A DNA stretch of 64,000 nt, taken from Eledone cirrhosa. Taxonomy: Eukaryota. The notes beneath the pieces are model-generated. The model was not told where the DNA came from, searched no databases, and saw nothing but the letters and a program-made list of their open reading frames with translations. Shown here piece by piece: positions 24,501 to 37,387 of the stretch (positions within the stretch are counted from its first letter, which is position 1; each line of letters opens with the position of its first letter). The stretch is taken from contig OZ024744.1 in assembly GCA_964016885.1 (NCBI GenBank), positions 117,490,001 to 117,554,000 on the forward strand. The letters are read 5' to 3'. Made by a program: the position numbers and the translations under genes.

Positions 24501-27238
24501 GCAGGCCGGGAATGGGGGTGGAGTGGCAGTGCTGTTTTGGAAAGGATTGGATCTCGAGGTAAAGTCGATCTTCCGGGACCCGGACGGTAAGTTGGTGGTC
24601 TTGGATGTGAGCAGTAACGAAGGTGGTGCCTTTAGACTGCTGGCCGTCTACGCCCCCACAGGAGCCGGACGACCGGACTTCTTTAGGCGCCTGGAGACCT
24701 TTCTGGGTACGTCTCGCCCTTTACTGTTAGCGGGAGACTGTAATGGCATCTTAGACGCACGCTGGGATTGTGTGGGAGTAGCCGATAGGAGTGGGGCGTG
24801 CAAAAGCCTCAAGCACCTACTCAGCCAGTTCCAACTGTCTGACAGGTATCGACTAGATTTCCCCAATGTACCAGTATGGATATGGACCAACCGAATGGGG
24901 TCATCTAGATCGTATATAGACCGGATCTTCATTAAGAAATAGATAGAAATAGTGTGGGCTGCCCACTTTTTAAAACGGTCGCCTATTCAGATCACAAATT
25001 TGTGATCTGTACGGTCGACCTAGATAAAATGCGTAGGTTAGGACCTGGAAGCTGAACATGTCATTTCCGGCACGTAAGGCTTACAGGGACCGAGTCAACA
25101 ATTTAGTTAAGCAAAAGTTGACAGGGGGGGATCATCAACAACAGATGGTGGGGGGGGGGGGGGCTCTCAAAAGAGAGATTAGAGTAACTTCGATAGAGTT
25201 CAGCAAAGAACTAGCGTTAGAGAAAAATAGAAAGGAGGGGGAGCTGGTAGATAAGTTAGACGAGGTTATTTGTAGTGGCATTGCAACTGACGTGCTAGCG
25301 GCGAGAATGGCATTAGAGCATTTTCAATGCGAAACACGAAGGTTGCATTGTCAGAGCTAAGGCGCGTGCGCTGAGAAACTGTCTTCAGAAGCTGGATCGC
25401 TGCAATGCACAGCGGCACACGCTCGGTGGTCAAGGTTAATGGCCACCTCTCGGAACCATTTCGGCTCTCCCGATCGGTCCGTCAAGGGTGCCCTCTCTCT
25501 TTCCTTCTGTACGTATTGACTCTCGAGCCTTTACTGCGGAAGCTGGAGTTGTTGCAAGGCATCCTGCTCGAACCGGGACGTGGAAAGGCGGTGTCGGCTT
25601 ATGCAGACGACATCACCGTGATGGTGTCGAACACCTCAGAAATAGAGGTGGTCGGCACCTTATTGAAGGAATATGAAAGGTTGACAGGAGCCAAACTTAA
25701 CCCGGAAAAGTCGGTGGGCTTGCAGCTCGAAACCTGGAGAGACAGGCCCATGCTGTCCAACAGCGTCATGGGGCGCTGTCGGACGGACCGGTAAAGTTGC
25801 TCGGGGTTTGGTTCGGACCAGACCTCCAGGTGGAAAAGAATTGGGACGAGGTAACGAGCAGAGTAGCCAGTCTCACCCAAAATGGGCTGGGAGGAAGCTA
25901 TCACTGAAAGGTCGCGCAGAGATGGCGAATGCGTACATCGCGTACGTCATCTACTACCTCCTGACCGTCGTGCATTGCCTCCGTTCGCGCCTCGTCAAGT
26001 TGGAACGGCTCCTCTTCAAATTCTTGTGGAGGGACAAGTTCCGTTGGTGAGGCGGTCCATCTGCTGCCAGCACCCTCTACCCGGAGGGCTGGGCATGCCG
26101 TGGCTAATGATGCGCAGACATGCGCAGACATGCGTTGAGGCTGCGACATCTCCAGATATTCTGCCTCAACAGTGAACAGGTGTGGTCGCCGTTTATCAGA
26201 CGGGCCTTTCCGCAGCTCATTTCTTTGACTGAGCTGCAGTCCTGGGTCAAAAAGAGACCGAGACTTGGTGACTGGCATCTGGAATGTTGCCAGGCACTCA
26301 CTGCCCTCTACCAAGCGGGCAATGCGATCAGTGGAACTTCCACTCTCGAGTTCTATAGAGGATTAGTGGTGGGAAAGTGCGATGACGCACTCGGAGAAGC
26401 TTTGGGCCTCGACGAAGTCGAACTGACCAGTCTGTACCGCAGGACTTTTGCCGGGGACGATGGACAATTTCCAGAAATCCCTCGCTTGGCAGTGCTACCG
26501 GGGGGCACTGCCGGTTCGGGATAAACTCTACAGGCACGGAAGTGCTGTCAGATGGACCTGCCCAAGATGCGCACAGAGCGACGAAACCGTTCTGCACGCA
26601 CTTGTCCAATGTCCGTGCATTACTGACTTGTGGAGTTATGTCGAACAGCTACTGTCGCATGTGGAACGGATCCGGCTATCGGCCGAGTCCATAGTGAAGA
26701 TCGACCCACCGCCTTCCTTAGGTCAGGAAGAGCAGGAAATTTTCCTCTGTCTGGTGGCAGTTGCGAAAGAGGTTGTATGGTGGACCAGGTTAAAAGGACT
26801 GAAGACAGACACTTTTCTCTTCGGCCAATCCCTCATCAACTTCTTCAAGTTTCACCTGGAAAGGAAGGTGAGGGTGGAGAGAGAAGTGCTGCCCCCCAGT
26901 ACATTTTCTAAAAGGTGCATGAATGTGGCGTGAATGGGCCTACTCTGACCATGCGCCTATAGACTAGCTAACTTGAGGAGAGGGGTGCTCTCCCTGGGTG
27001 CCCTAGAAGCGCAGGGTGGTTCAGGTATGGTGGGGTACCCAAGTCACCCCAGGGTCGTCCACCCCTATCGGGGAATTTATTTTGTTATATTTATGCATAG
27101 TTTATTTTATATTTTTATATCTTCATTGTTAAATTAGTCTTGCCATTGTGCACTTTTGCTCGACCTTATTGTAAACCCCCACTGTCCTTGTCTTTGTATT
27201 GTCTCCTACATGTCGGCCCTTGTGGCTAATAAATGAAA

Positions 27239-27273
<35 letters not shown>
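15538..27273 (+). mobile_element. Tx1 LINE subfamily C (divergent), degraded, with minisatellite in ORF1 and internal ORF2 deletion
   Basis: ORF1 knuckle CFACGEATHLQAFC, ORF1 stop at 24286, ORF2 ATG at 24316. The sequence jumps from ARALR to VFRSWIAA at ~25380 (about 0.77 kb missing relative to A). Distinct 3' UTR and (ATT)11 tail. Confidence 0.92.
16837..23920 (+). repeat. ~7.1 kb minisatellite, 30-bp unit ACAGACATACCCGAAACAACACAGACATAC (~235 units)
   Basis: Directly visible. Encodes TDIPETTQTY in the ORF1 frame, with occasional 20-, 35- and 40-bp variant units. Confidence 0.98.
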
Positions 27274-30200
27274 GGCGACCTACGTAGTAAATCGTATTAT
27301 CGTGAGCTCCGCAAAGGTTTGATATTTTCAGTTGTTTAAAATTGCCATTTATGGAATATTTTTATTGTTAACTGTATATAAGTGCACACACATTGTTTTC
27401 TGAAAAGGAAACTCAAAAAGATTGGGGCCTTGAGCCCAAAATTTAAACTTTTATAATTATCAAAAAAAAAAAAAAATTTCTTTGAAAAATCATGGCCGAC
27501 TCACAGCTGAACCCAGTAGCTGAGAGCCTTCCTCACAAACTAACACCTCACACTGACACCACCATTGTAAATATTACTACGTTTGCCAACACTAAAAATA
27601 TAAGCTCTAGCAATATTTTAAATTTGTCTCAGGCAGACATTCATTTCCCGCCATTACCAATGACTGCAGATGTTGAAGTTGCCACCCCACCACTACCACA
27701 GCGACAACAGAAACAAAAGAAAAAAAAATTATCTCGTGATATCGAAACGAATTCAGCCAAAATGAGCTGTACCACACCGAACACCACTGACGCCACCACC
27801 ACCACAACTGAAACTAAAATTAATAATAACAAAAATAACGATAACAACAACAGCAACAATGAGAATAAGAAAACCCTGTCTTTTGCCAGAGTAGCAAAAA
27901 AGTGCGAAGCATTCCAGGTAACTCAGGAGGAATTAGAAGAAGCCAAAAAAATGGTAAAGAAGATGGGTACAGGGTCAGCCCCCCCCCCCCCCCCACACCC
28001 CACCTAATAAAATGGAGCATCGGCGCCTATGCACCGTGTCTTATCGGACGATTAACATAAAATCGCGCCGAGTGGAACGGGCATCCGAGTCCCAAATCCA
28101 AAAAGCTTTGGGACATGTGTGGGCAAAAAAACCCACATCAGATGTGTGCAGAAATATGGAACCGTGGACGTGTTCTTTGAAACACCACAGGAGGCCAGAG
28201 AACACTCCATGGCCCCACTAAGAAGTGACGACTTCACACTCGTCCCAAGCTATTGTGGCCAGAGACTCGTGAAGATCAGGGTCACCCACGTTCCACCGGC
28301 CATCGAAATTCTCTGGCTAAAGGCTGCCGTCCTCGCCGGCATCGAAGCCAACCCCAAAATAATCGAAATAGCGAAAGAAAAGCAGAACTGGTCCGGATCT
28401 GGGATGGAGCTCCTGATCCAAGCGGACCAAAAAAGCATTGAGGAGATCCCAGAGGTAATAGACCTCACTGACGGCAGCCTCCTCACCGTAATCGTCGAGG
28501 GCAGAGTCTAGGTGTGTCGCTTGTGGTGAAGGAACCCACCTAATGGCTTTCTGCCCTCAGGCTAAAAGGTTGAGGCCACCTCTCTTACCCACCCCAGTGA
28601 CTCAACCATCAACACCACCAGCAGCAGAAATGGCAGCAACAACAGAAGCAACTGTAACAGCAACAACCCCAGCAACAGTAGAAAAACCAACACCACCACC
28701 ACCCAACGCGCCAGAACTAGCACCAGCGCCTACACCATCCACCACGCCACAACCAAAATCAACGCGTGTGGAGGATTTTCCACTCCCCAACCTATCGCAA
28801 CTGGAGACAGGTTGTGACGACGAGGAGTGGGAAACGGTATCAGAAAAAAAGAAAAGAAGAAAAAGAAACCAAAAAAGAAAAAATCCCCTTCCTCCCCCCT
28901 CCAAAAACAAAATACAGAGGGAAACAAATAAACTATCAAACAAAAAAGTTAGGACAGCTATGCCACCATCCACACCAGCATCACCAACCCCATCACCACA
29001 AACACCAATACCATCACCATCATTAACCCCAACACCACCATCACCAACACCACAAAAGTCACCAAAAAGCGAAACAGAAACACCCACAACAAACGCAAAC
29101 AAAACAAAACAACCAAAACGATACACACTACACAGCAATAAATTTGAACAACAACCAATTATTACACTACATCCAACACAACACCAGCATCACAGAAAAA
29201 GACTACACAACAACCCAAAAGTTCACACCACCTCCACACATACAAATCACTCGCAGCACACAGAAAACGTACATGACAGTAAAACAAAAATTCCCCAAAG
29301 ACATCGGAGACTTCCGACAAGCACTCTCCAGGAGGATTTATAAGGACATCCTTCCGGAGGAGGCCACAAGCAGTGAAAAGGATGGAGAAACCATCCTTCC
29401 TCTACGAAAAGTAAGGTAAGTGGTCTTTCCCATCTTTTCCACTCCATTTCAACATGATCTCACTCAGAATAGGCAGCATAAATGCGCGCGGCTTGGGGTC
29501 GTCATGGAAGCAGGGCCACCTGCTCAACGACCTCAGGTCACTAAACATAGATGTAGTGGCCATCAGCGAGACCAGGATCTCCGAAGCACGGGCCTTCGCA
29601 CCGATCTTCGGCGGCTACGATGTGTACGCATCTCCCAGCCGTCCTGGATCGGGGGGAGGAGTTGCTGTGCTTTTTCGGAGAGATTTGGATCTCGCCATAC
29701 GGACCATCTTCCTGGACCCAGAGGGTAAGTTGGTGGTGCTGGACGTGACCAGAGGAGACGGGCAAGCTTTCAGGCTAGTGGCCGTCTATGCCCCGACAGT
29801 AGCAGAGCGGCCTGATTTCTTCCGGTGTCTGGAGACCTTTCTTGGAACGTCCCGCTCTTTAGTATTAGTGGGCGACAGGAACGGGATCTTAGATGCACGC
29901 TGGGACTGTGTGGGATTAGCGGATGGGGGAGGAGGGTGCAAGAGCCTCACCAACCTGCTCAGGTGTTTTGAACTGTCTGACAGGTACCGATTGGATTTCC
30001 CGAATGTGCCAATGTGGTCTTGGACAAATCGCATAGGGTCATCCAGATCATATCTAGATAGAGTATTTTGTAGGGAAATAGATAGGTCTAGCATAGGCTG
30101 TCCACAATTCAAGATAGTCAGCTACACGGACCACAAATTCGTGATCTGTGTGCTTGACTTAGATAGGCTTCATAGACGAGGACCCGGCTACTGGAAGCTA

Positions 30201-32870
30201 AACGAGTCCTTACCAGCGCGCAAGGACTACAGAGACCGGATTAGCGAACTAGTTAAGCAGGCGTTGACGGGTCCATCGTCAACAAAATGTGGTGGTTTGC
30301 TCTGAAAAGAGCGATTAGAATAGAGTCTATTAGGTTTAGTAAGGCTTTAGCAATAGAGAAAAATAGAGCAGAGGGAGAACTGGTTAGAAAATTAGACGAG
30401 GCGCTTAGCAAAGGCATCGCGACCGACGTACTTGCGGCGAAATAGGCCCTTAACCAATTCTTCAATGCAAAGCACGAAGGCTGCGTTGCTAGGGTGCGTG
30501 CTCTCAGACACGAGGGGACGAAAGCCGTTCAATGGGCCCGAGTAGCGGAGGCGCGTCTTGGCAACAAAGCCACGATCCGGTCTTTGGTGGACCACGACGG
30601 GCGCATGCTACTCGATTCCGGACAAATGTGTGAAGTCTTTCAGCGACACTTCGCACAGCTGTTCGGGGGCAGCAGCGGGCCGGATCGAGGGATGGACTTT
30701 AGTGTTTACCTCGACGGACTGCCGCGGCTCTCGGCCACTGAGGCGGAGTGTTGCGAAATGCCGATAACAGCCGCTGAAGTACGGGAGGCAATAACTGGCT
30801 GCACAAGGGGTAAATCGCCTGGTTTGGATGGTCTGCCCTATGAACTTTACGTACAGATGCCAGACTTGTTCGGAGGCCTCTTGGCGGACGTCTACTGCAA
30901 CTGGCAACAGAACGGGAGAATTCCCAGCTCTGTGAGCCGAGGAGCTGTGGCGCTGCTGAGAAAGGATCCGAACAAGGGGGATAACATACATAATTTTAGG
31001 CCCATATCTCTGCTAAACACAGAGTTCAAGATTTTGGCCAAGGTGCTAGCAAAGAGGTTGGCGCTTGTCGTTGGTGGTCTGGTGGGAGAGGCGCTGACAT
31101 GCGCCATTCCCGACAGATCCATCCACGACAACCTCCACCTCATGCGATACATCGTAGAGAGGGTAGCTAGGGAACCTGGCACAGGTGGGTCCTTGATCAA
31201 TTTAGATCAGTCGAAAGCTTTCGATAGGGTCGACCATCGTTACCTAGCGGCAGTCCTGAGGGCGACTGGCTTTGGGCTCGTCTTCAGAGGCTGGATCGCT
31301 GCCATGCACAGCAACATCTGCTGTGGTGAGAGTGAAGGGTCACCTTTCGGAACCGTTCAACATCATGCGCTCGGTCCGCCAAGGATGTCCCCTCTCGTCC
31401 CTCTTGTACGTATTGACTCTCGAGCCATTACTGCACAAACTAGAGACGTTGAGGGGGGTCCCGCGCGAACTAGGATGCGGAAGATCCGTGTTAGCATATG
31501 CGGACGATGTCACCGTAGTGGTGTCGAACGCTAAACACATCGAGGCGATCGGCACTACACTAAGAGAATACGAAGCGACGACAAGAGCAATGATCAACAA
31601 GGAAAAGTCAGTGGGCCTGCAGCTCGGCACCTGGAGAGGCAGGTCCATGCCGTCCAACAGCGTCGTCCGGCGCTGGACGGACGGACCGGTTAAATTGCTA
31701 GGGGTCTGGTTCGGTCCTGACCTCCAGACGGACAAAAACTGGGACGAGGTGACGAGTAGAGTGGCTTCTCTCACCCAGAAATGGGCAGAGAGGAAGCTAT
31801 CCCTGAAAGGTCGAGCGGAAGTGGCTAACGCGTACATCGCGTCCGTCATCTACTACCGCCTGACCGTCGTACCTTGTCCTAAGCCCCGCCTGACTGCGCT
31901 GGAGCGTTTGCTCTTTCGATTTTTGTGGAAGGAACGCGCTCCGATGGTCGGGAGGACCATCTGCTGTCAACACCCGCTACGTGGAGGGCTGGGCATGCCG
32001 TGGCTGATGATGCGCAGACACGCGCTCAGGCTACGACATCTCCACCTCTTCCTCGACGGTGATCAGGTGTGGTCGCCGTTTGCTAGACACGTCTTTACCC
32101 AGCTCGTCTCCTTGACGGAGCTGCAGTCCTGGGTCAAGCGAAGACCGAGAGGGAGCGCTTGGAGACTGGAATGTCTTCAGGCGCTCACAGCCCTCGACCA
32201 ATCGGGCAATGTGATCGGGGGAAACTCCACCTTGGCGTTCTATGGGGGATTAGTGGAGGGGAAGAGCGACGACGTACTTGGGGAAACTCTAGGCGTCGAT
32301 GAAAATCAACTAGCCAATCTCTTCGGAAGAACTTTCGGGCCGGGGCCTATGGACAACTTCCAGAAATCCCTGGCCTGGCACTGCTACCGAGGAGCTTTGC
32401 CAGTTCGGTGATGCCCTGATTAACTTTTTCAAATTTCATTTGAAAAGGAAAATCAGGGTAGAGAGGGAATACTCTCTTCCCAGTATTTTGTTGAAAGATG
32501 AGTGAGAGAGGCAAGAATGGCCCGAGTGAATGGGCCTTCTCTGAGTATGTATCTGTAAATTAAAGGTGGAACACTGGTAGAGGACACTTGCCCTAGTGGT
32601 CAGGGTCACTGTGGTCTTTTAATGGGCTTTCTCCACAAATGTCCCTCGGAAGCCCCCCACCCCACCCCACCCCCACACCACACACCACACACACACACTA
32701 TTGGGGAATATTTCATTGTCATTTTTTATTACATCCTCTGTTTTTTTTACACGCAGAAATGCCCATTTGTACCGTCCTGTATTGTCCTGTACTGTCCTTA
32801 ATGTCTACTTTATGTAAACCCTTGTGGTTAATAAAGAAAACATTATTATTATTATTATTATTATTATTAT
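27274..32870 (+). mobile_element. apparently full-length Tx1 LINE, subfamily D (own 5' UTR/ORF1, ORF2 and 3' UTR nearly identical to A), pseudogenised
   Basis: ATG at 27492, frameshifted ORF1 ending at 29419 with CVACGEGTHLMAFC. ORF2 from 29454 is broken by frameshifts and a 305-bp deletion at 32404-32408. (ATT)n tail. Confidence 0.93.
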
Positions 32871-33099
32871 GTATAATTAGAGAAATATATATATAATGAG
32901 GAACCATACTGCTTGCGGACTTCGTAAGTTTCAGCTTGGCTAGCCTTAAGAATAATACCACCCTGGGCCTAACTAATGCCTAACAAATTCTTTAATCCGT
33001 TAAGCATGGGGCTCTATTGTATTTAAAATAAGCGTTTCTGCTTTGGACAGAAGGTCAACAATTTTCTGGGAGGGGAAAGTTGATTAAATAAACCCTAGT

Positions 33100-33180
33100 G
33101 AATTACTGGTACTTTATTTTATCGACCCTGTAAAGTTGAATGGTAAAGCTAACCTCGGAAAGATTTGAACTCTGAACGTC
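33100..33180 (-). mobile_element. degraded tRNA-SINE fragment
   Basis: Reverse complement resembles 15320-15395. Confidence 0.65.
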
Positions 33181-33220
33181 AGTGTAATGATATGTTACAA
33201 TGCATGCTGTGTGATGATTC

Positions 33221-33405
33221 CACGGGGTGGACTGAAAAGTTCATAGGCTGTCTATAAAGGAGTGATGCTAGTGCTGTGAAACCTTACATTAATTTCGACT
33301 GTTCTTATTAATAACTACATTGTTTCTTTCTAGGGACTATGTTGAAAAATAAACTTCATTTGGTCATTCCATGAGAGTATCTTGGTCAGTCTATGGACTT
33401 TTCAG
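33221..33405. mobile_element. possible Tc1/mariner-type MITE
   Basis: Inverted repeat CTGAAAAGTTCATAGGCTG (33232-33250) and CAGTCTATGGACTTTTCAG (33387-33405), 17 of 19 matching. No TA duplication seen. Confidence 0.4.
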
Positions 33406-33631
33406 CTTATAAACTTGTCAGCCTATCTACGTATACATATAAAAGATATCAAACCCGGGGGTTGGAAGTAACGAAATAAAGAAGGCCGCAGGCTAAAACA
33501 GGGGAAACAACTATGTAGTTACTTAAAACTGCCATTAATTGGAACTTGTTGATTCTAACTAAACGTACGTTGGTTCGTAGGAAACTTATTACTAGTGACT
33601 CAGTGGGCAAATATATATCTAGTTCTAAATA

Positions 33632-33856
33632 ATGTTACATTATCTCTTGTTAGTTGCTTTAACAGTTATTAATGTGGCCAAATTTATCTTTAGCTTTTGT
33701 TGTTTTATCGCTAAAATAATTCTTATATTATTGCGAAGAGCTTTACTTCCTATAAAAATGAAATCTATAGAAGACGATGTTATACTAATTACGGGTGGCG
33801 GAAGAGGTTTAGGCCGGCAGATAGCTTTGGAATTTGCTAAACATAAACCTAAAATG
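33632..33856 (+). CDS. DHRS3: short-chain dehydrogenase/reductase, DHRS3 (retSDR1)-like, coding exon 1
   Basis: Hydrophobic N-terminal anchor followed by VILITGGGRGLGRQIALEFAK (TGxxxGxG Rossmann motif). 75 codons ending at a perfect donor ATG|GTAAGT, phase 0. Confidence 0.88.
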
Positions 33857-34006
33857 GTAAGTCTTTCTTCCTCACTATCTGTTCAGCCATTTCCTCACTT
33901 TAATTTATCTTTACAAACTATCAACAACTTACAATCTCTCCACTACACACCCCTCTTCCCCACATTATCTTTCGGTGTGGGTTTGTTTACCAAAATAAAA
34001 GCTTCC

Positions 34007-34041
<35 letters not shown>

Positions 34042-34119
34042 TATTGTTTGTGAAGTAGTGGCAGTCATCATTTCAGCCAACCATAACAATTAAGTCACTG
34101 AACCTATTATCTGTTTATA

Positions 34120-34860
34120 TGTTGGTTACTACATGTTATATGTGTGTGTGTGTCGGTTGCTACATGTGTTGCATCGTGTTATATCCCCCGTTATGTCACA
34201 TGTGGTATATTTCTGTTATATCACTACATGTTATATCTCTGTTATGTCACTACATGTTATATATCTGTTATTACAGGTGGTATGTCTCTGTTATGTCACT
34301 ACATGTTATATTTTATGTTATTACATGTATATATGTTATGTCAATACATGTGGTATATCTCTGTTATGTCACTACATGTTATATCTGCTATTACATGTGA
34401 TATATATGTTATGTCAATACATGTGATAGACTTTCAGTACACTGTCATTACATGTGGTAGACCTCCAGTACAGTCATTACATGTGGTAGATCTCCAATAC
34501 ACTGCCAATACATGTAGTAGATCTCCAGTACACAGTCATTACATGTGGTAGATCTCCTCCAGTACACTGCCATTACATGTGGTAGACCTCCAGTACACTC
34601 TCATTACATGTGGTAGATCTCCAGTACACTGCCATTGCATGTGGTAGACCTCCAGTACACTCATTACATGTGGTAGATCTCCAGTACACTCTCATTACGT
34701 GTGGTAGATCCCCAGTACACTGTCATTACATGTGGTAGATCTCCAGTACACTCATTACATGTGGTAGATCTCCAGTACACTCTCATTACATGTGGTAGAT
34801 CCCCAGTACACTGTCATTACATGTGGTAGATCTCCAGTACACTGCCATTGCATGTGGTAC
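34120..34860. repeat. compound minisatellite (~20-bp TGTTATGTCACTACATG units grading into a ~31-bp TACATGTGGTAGATCTCCAGTACACTCTCAT unit)
   Basis: Directly visible tandem units sharing the TACATGT core. Confidence 0.85.
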
Positions 34861-34897
34861 CAGTGAGTTTATGCCTACATCACAACTATATATATAG

Positions 34898-35469
34898 TTG
34901 TGTTCCGAGGCCATAGTATCTAGAATAAGGACGGGTTGGAAGAAGTTTAGGGAGCTGCTTCCTCTGTTGACGAAGAAGGGTTTCTCCCTGGGTACGAAAG
35001 GCCGGTTGTATGATGCCTGTGTGAGGAGCGCGATGCTGCATGGTAGTGAGACATGGGCAGCAACTGCAGAGGATATGCGACGGCTGGAGAGAAATGAGGC
35101 AAGCATGCTCCGTTGGATGTGCAGTGTAAATGTGCGTGAACGACCCAGCATAAATGTGTTGAGAGAGAAACTGTGTCTGAGAGGGATAGAATGTAGTGTA
35201 CGGGAGAGGAGACTGTGATGGTATGGACATGTGATGCGCATGGAGGATGACCAATGGGTGAAGAAGTGCCAGGAAATGCCAGTTGAAGGAAGACGTGGTA
35301 GAGGTAGACCACGAAAAACATGGGCGGAGGTGGTGAGAACAGACCTCAGATCATTGAAGCTCACGGTGGAGATGACGAAGGACCGTGACGAGTGGAGAGA
35401 TGCTGTGCTGAATAAGACCCGTCCCACCCTTGCAAGCAGGGAAAAGCGGACGTAAAATGATGATGATGA
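34898..35469 (+). mobile_element. RTE-clade LINE 3' fragment with (GAT)n tail
   Basis: KGRLYDACVRSAMLHGSETW...RRLxWYGHVMR...GRGRPRKTW. Near-identical to 59510-60080 (minus). Confidence 0.9.
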
Positions 35470-35478
35470 TATATATAT

Positions 35479-36058
35479 AAAAGAGAAAACATAGGTAAGC
35501 ATTAAGAGAAGGATTTTATCCAGGTATTTACAACCGTTTCATTGGTAAGTGCAACCTTATATTGCTATACTGCAAATAGCAGCCACTCAATTATAATTGT
35601 TGTTCACAGTCCAAATTTTCAAAATAGTGAGTTACTCTTGAAATAATTCTTAATATATAGAGAAAAACATTTATTTGGAATTGAATTTACTAGTATAGCG
35701 AGAGAGGAATCAGAAGGTGAGGGGACAGATGGAATAGTATAGAGAGAGAGAGGAAGGGGGAAGAGGTAGGAAGTAGAGTGACAAACTGAGGTGGAAGGAT
35801 TCCTTGGTCAATTTTGGTAAGTAGACTTCATGTCGTGGAATGTAGTGAGTTAAAGAGAATTAAAAGGGTTTAGATACAAGAGGGTATAAAGTCTAAGTAT
35901 ATGCAGTTTGTCAGTTGAATTTGGACTGTGAACAACAATTATAATTGAGTGGCTGCTATTTGCAGTATAGCAATATAAGGTTGCACTTACCAATGAAACG
36001 GTTGTAAATACCTGGATAAAATCCTTCTCTTAATGCTTACCTGTGTTTTCTCTTTTAT
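35479..36058. repeat. ~140-bp inverted repeat pair (35479-35617 and 35919-36058), probable Penelope-type terminal remnant
   Basis: The arms are near-perfect reverse complements around a ~300-bp purine-rich spacer. The family assignment is inference. Confidence 0.75.
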
Positions 36059-36188
36059 ATTTTATACTCCAAGATTGAACGGAATTCTTACAAACTTGTG
36101 GAGTTACCCCTAACCGTACGTTGAAGCCATCCATGAAACTGGCTTTCTTAACCACGAACTGGATCACAAAAAGCAATTTTCTGCTTCC

Positions 36189-36264
<76 letters not shown>

Positions 36265-36349
36265 TTGTCCAAGGGAAAGGTAATGTCTGATACAGCTTGG
36301 TATGATATAAGAAAGGTAAGCTGGTAGTGTGAGGTTAGAAGTTGGATAG

Positions 36350-36668
36350 AGGTTTGAGGTCAGCAAACATCATGGGGAGTTTTGAGGTCACCATACATCA
36401 TGGGGAGTTTTTAGGTCAGCAAACATCATGGGGAGTTTTGAGGTCACCATACATCATGGGGAGTTTTTAGGTCAGCAAACATCATGGGGAGTTTTGAGGT
36501 CAGCAAACATCATGGGGAGTTTTGAGGTCACCATACATCGTGGGAAGTTTTGAGGTCACCATACATCATGGGTGTTTTGAAGTCTCCATACATCATGGGG
36601 GGGGGGGGGTGAGGTCACCATACACCATGGGGAGTTTTGAGGTCACCATACATCATGGGGAGTTTTGC
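36350..36668. repeat. ~29-30-bp minisatellite GTTTTGAGGTCACCATACATCATGGGGA
   Basis: About 10 visible units. Confidence 0.9.
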
Positions 36669-36734
36669 CAGTTGTAGTTTGTTGATGTTATTGAATCTTA
36701 AATTACAAGTAAAACATATTACCAATACTGAGCT

Positions 36735-37387
36735 GTGATGTTAATGTTTACCTAGACACCATAAATTACTGGTACTGTATCTAACTACATATATAAAGTT
36801 ATGTGATGTTAATGTTTAGCTAGACACCATAAATTACTGGTACTGTATCTAACTACATATATAAAGTTATGTGATGTTAATGTTTACCTAGACACCATAA
36901 ATTACTGGTACTGTATCTAACTACATATATAAAGTTATGTGATATTAATGTTTACCTAGACACCATAAATTACTGGTACTGTATCTAACTACATATATAA
37001 AGTTATGTGATATTAATGTTTACCTAGACACCATAAATTACTGGTACTGTATCTAACTACATATATAAAGTTATGTGATGTTAGTGTTTACCTAGACACC
37101 ATAAATTACTGGTACTGTATCTAACTACATATATAAAGTTATGTGATGTTAGTGTTTACCTAGACACCATAAATTACTGGTACTGTATCTAACTACATAT
37201 ATAAAGTTATGTGATGTTAATGTTTACCTAGACACCATAAATTACTGGTACTTTACCTAACTACATATATAAAGTTATGTTAATGTTTACCTAGACACCA
37301 TAAATTACTGGTACTTTACCTAACTACATATATAAAGTTATGTTAATGTTTACCTAGACACCATAAATTACTGGTACTTTACCTAAC
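36735..37387. repeat. 68-bp minisatellite (~9.5 units) ending just before the exon 2 acceptor
   Basis: Unit GATGTTAATGTTTACCTAGACACCATAAATTACTGGTACTGTATCTAACTACATATATAAAGTTATGT. The last units are shortened. Confidence 0.92.

Noticed and set aside
1340-32900. Target-site duplication flanking the whole array as one composite element
   Set aside because: No matching direct repeat was seen at the two outer ends, and differing decay among members indicates independent insertions.
33857-34093. C-terminal part of the 153-aa ORF 33632-34093
   Set aside because: Read-through into intron 1. SDR homology stops at the GTAAGT donor and resumes at 37416.
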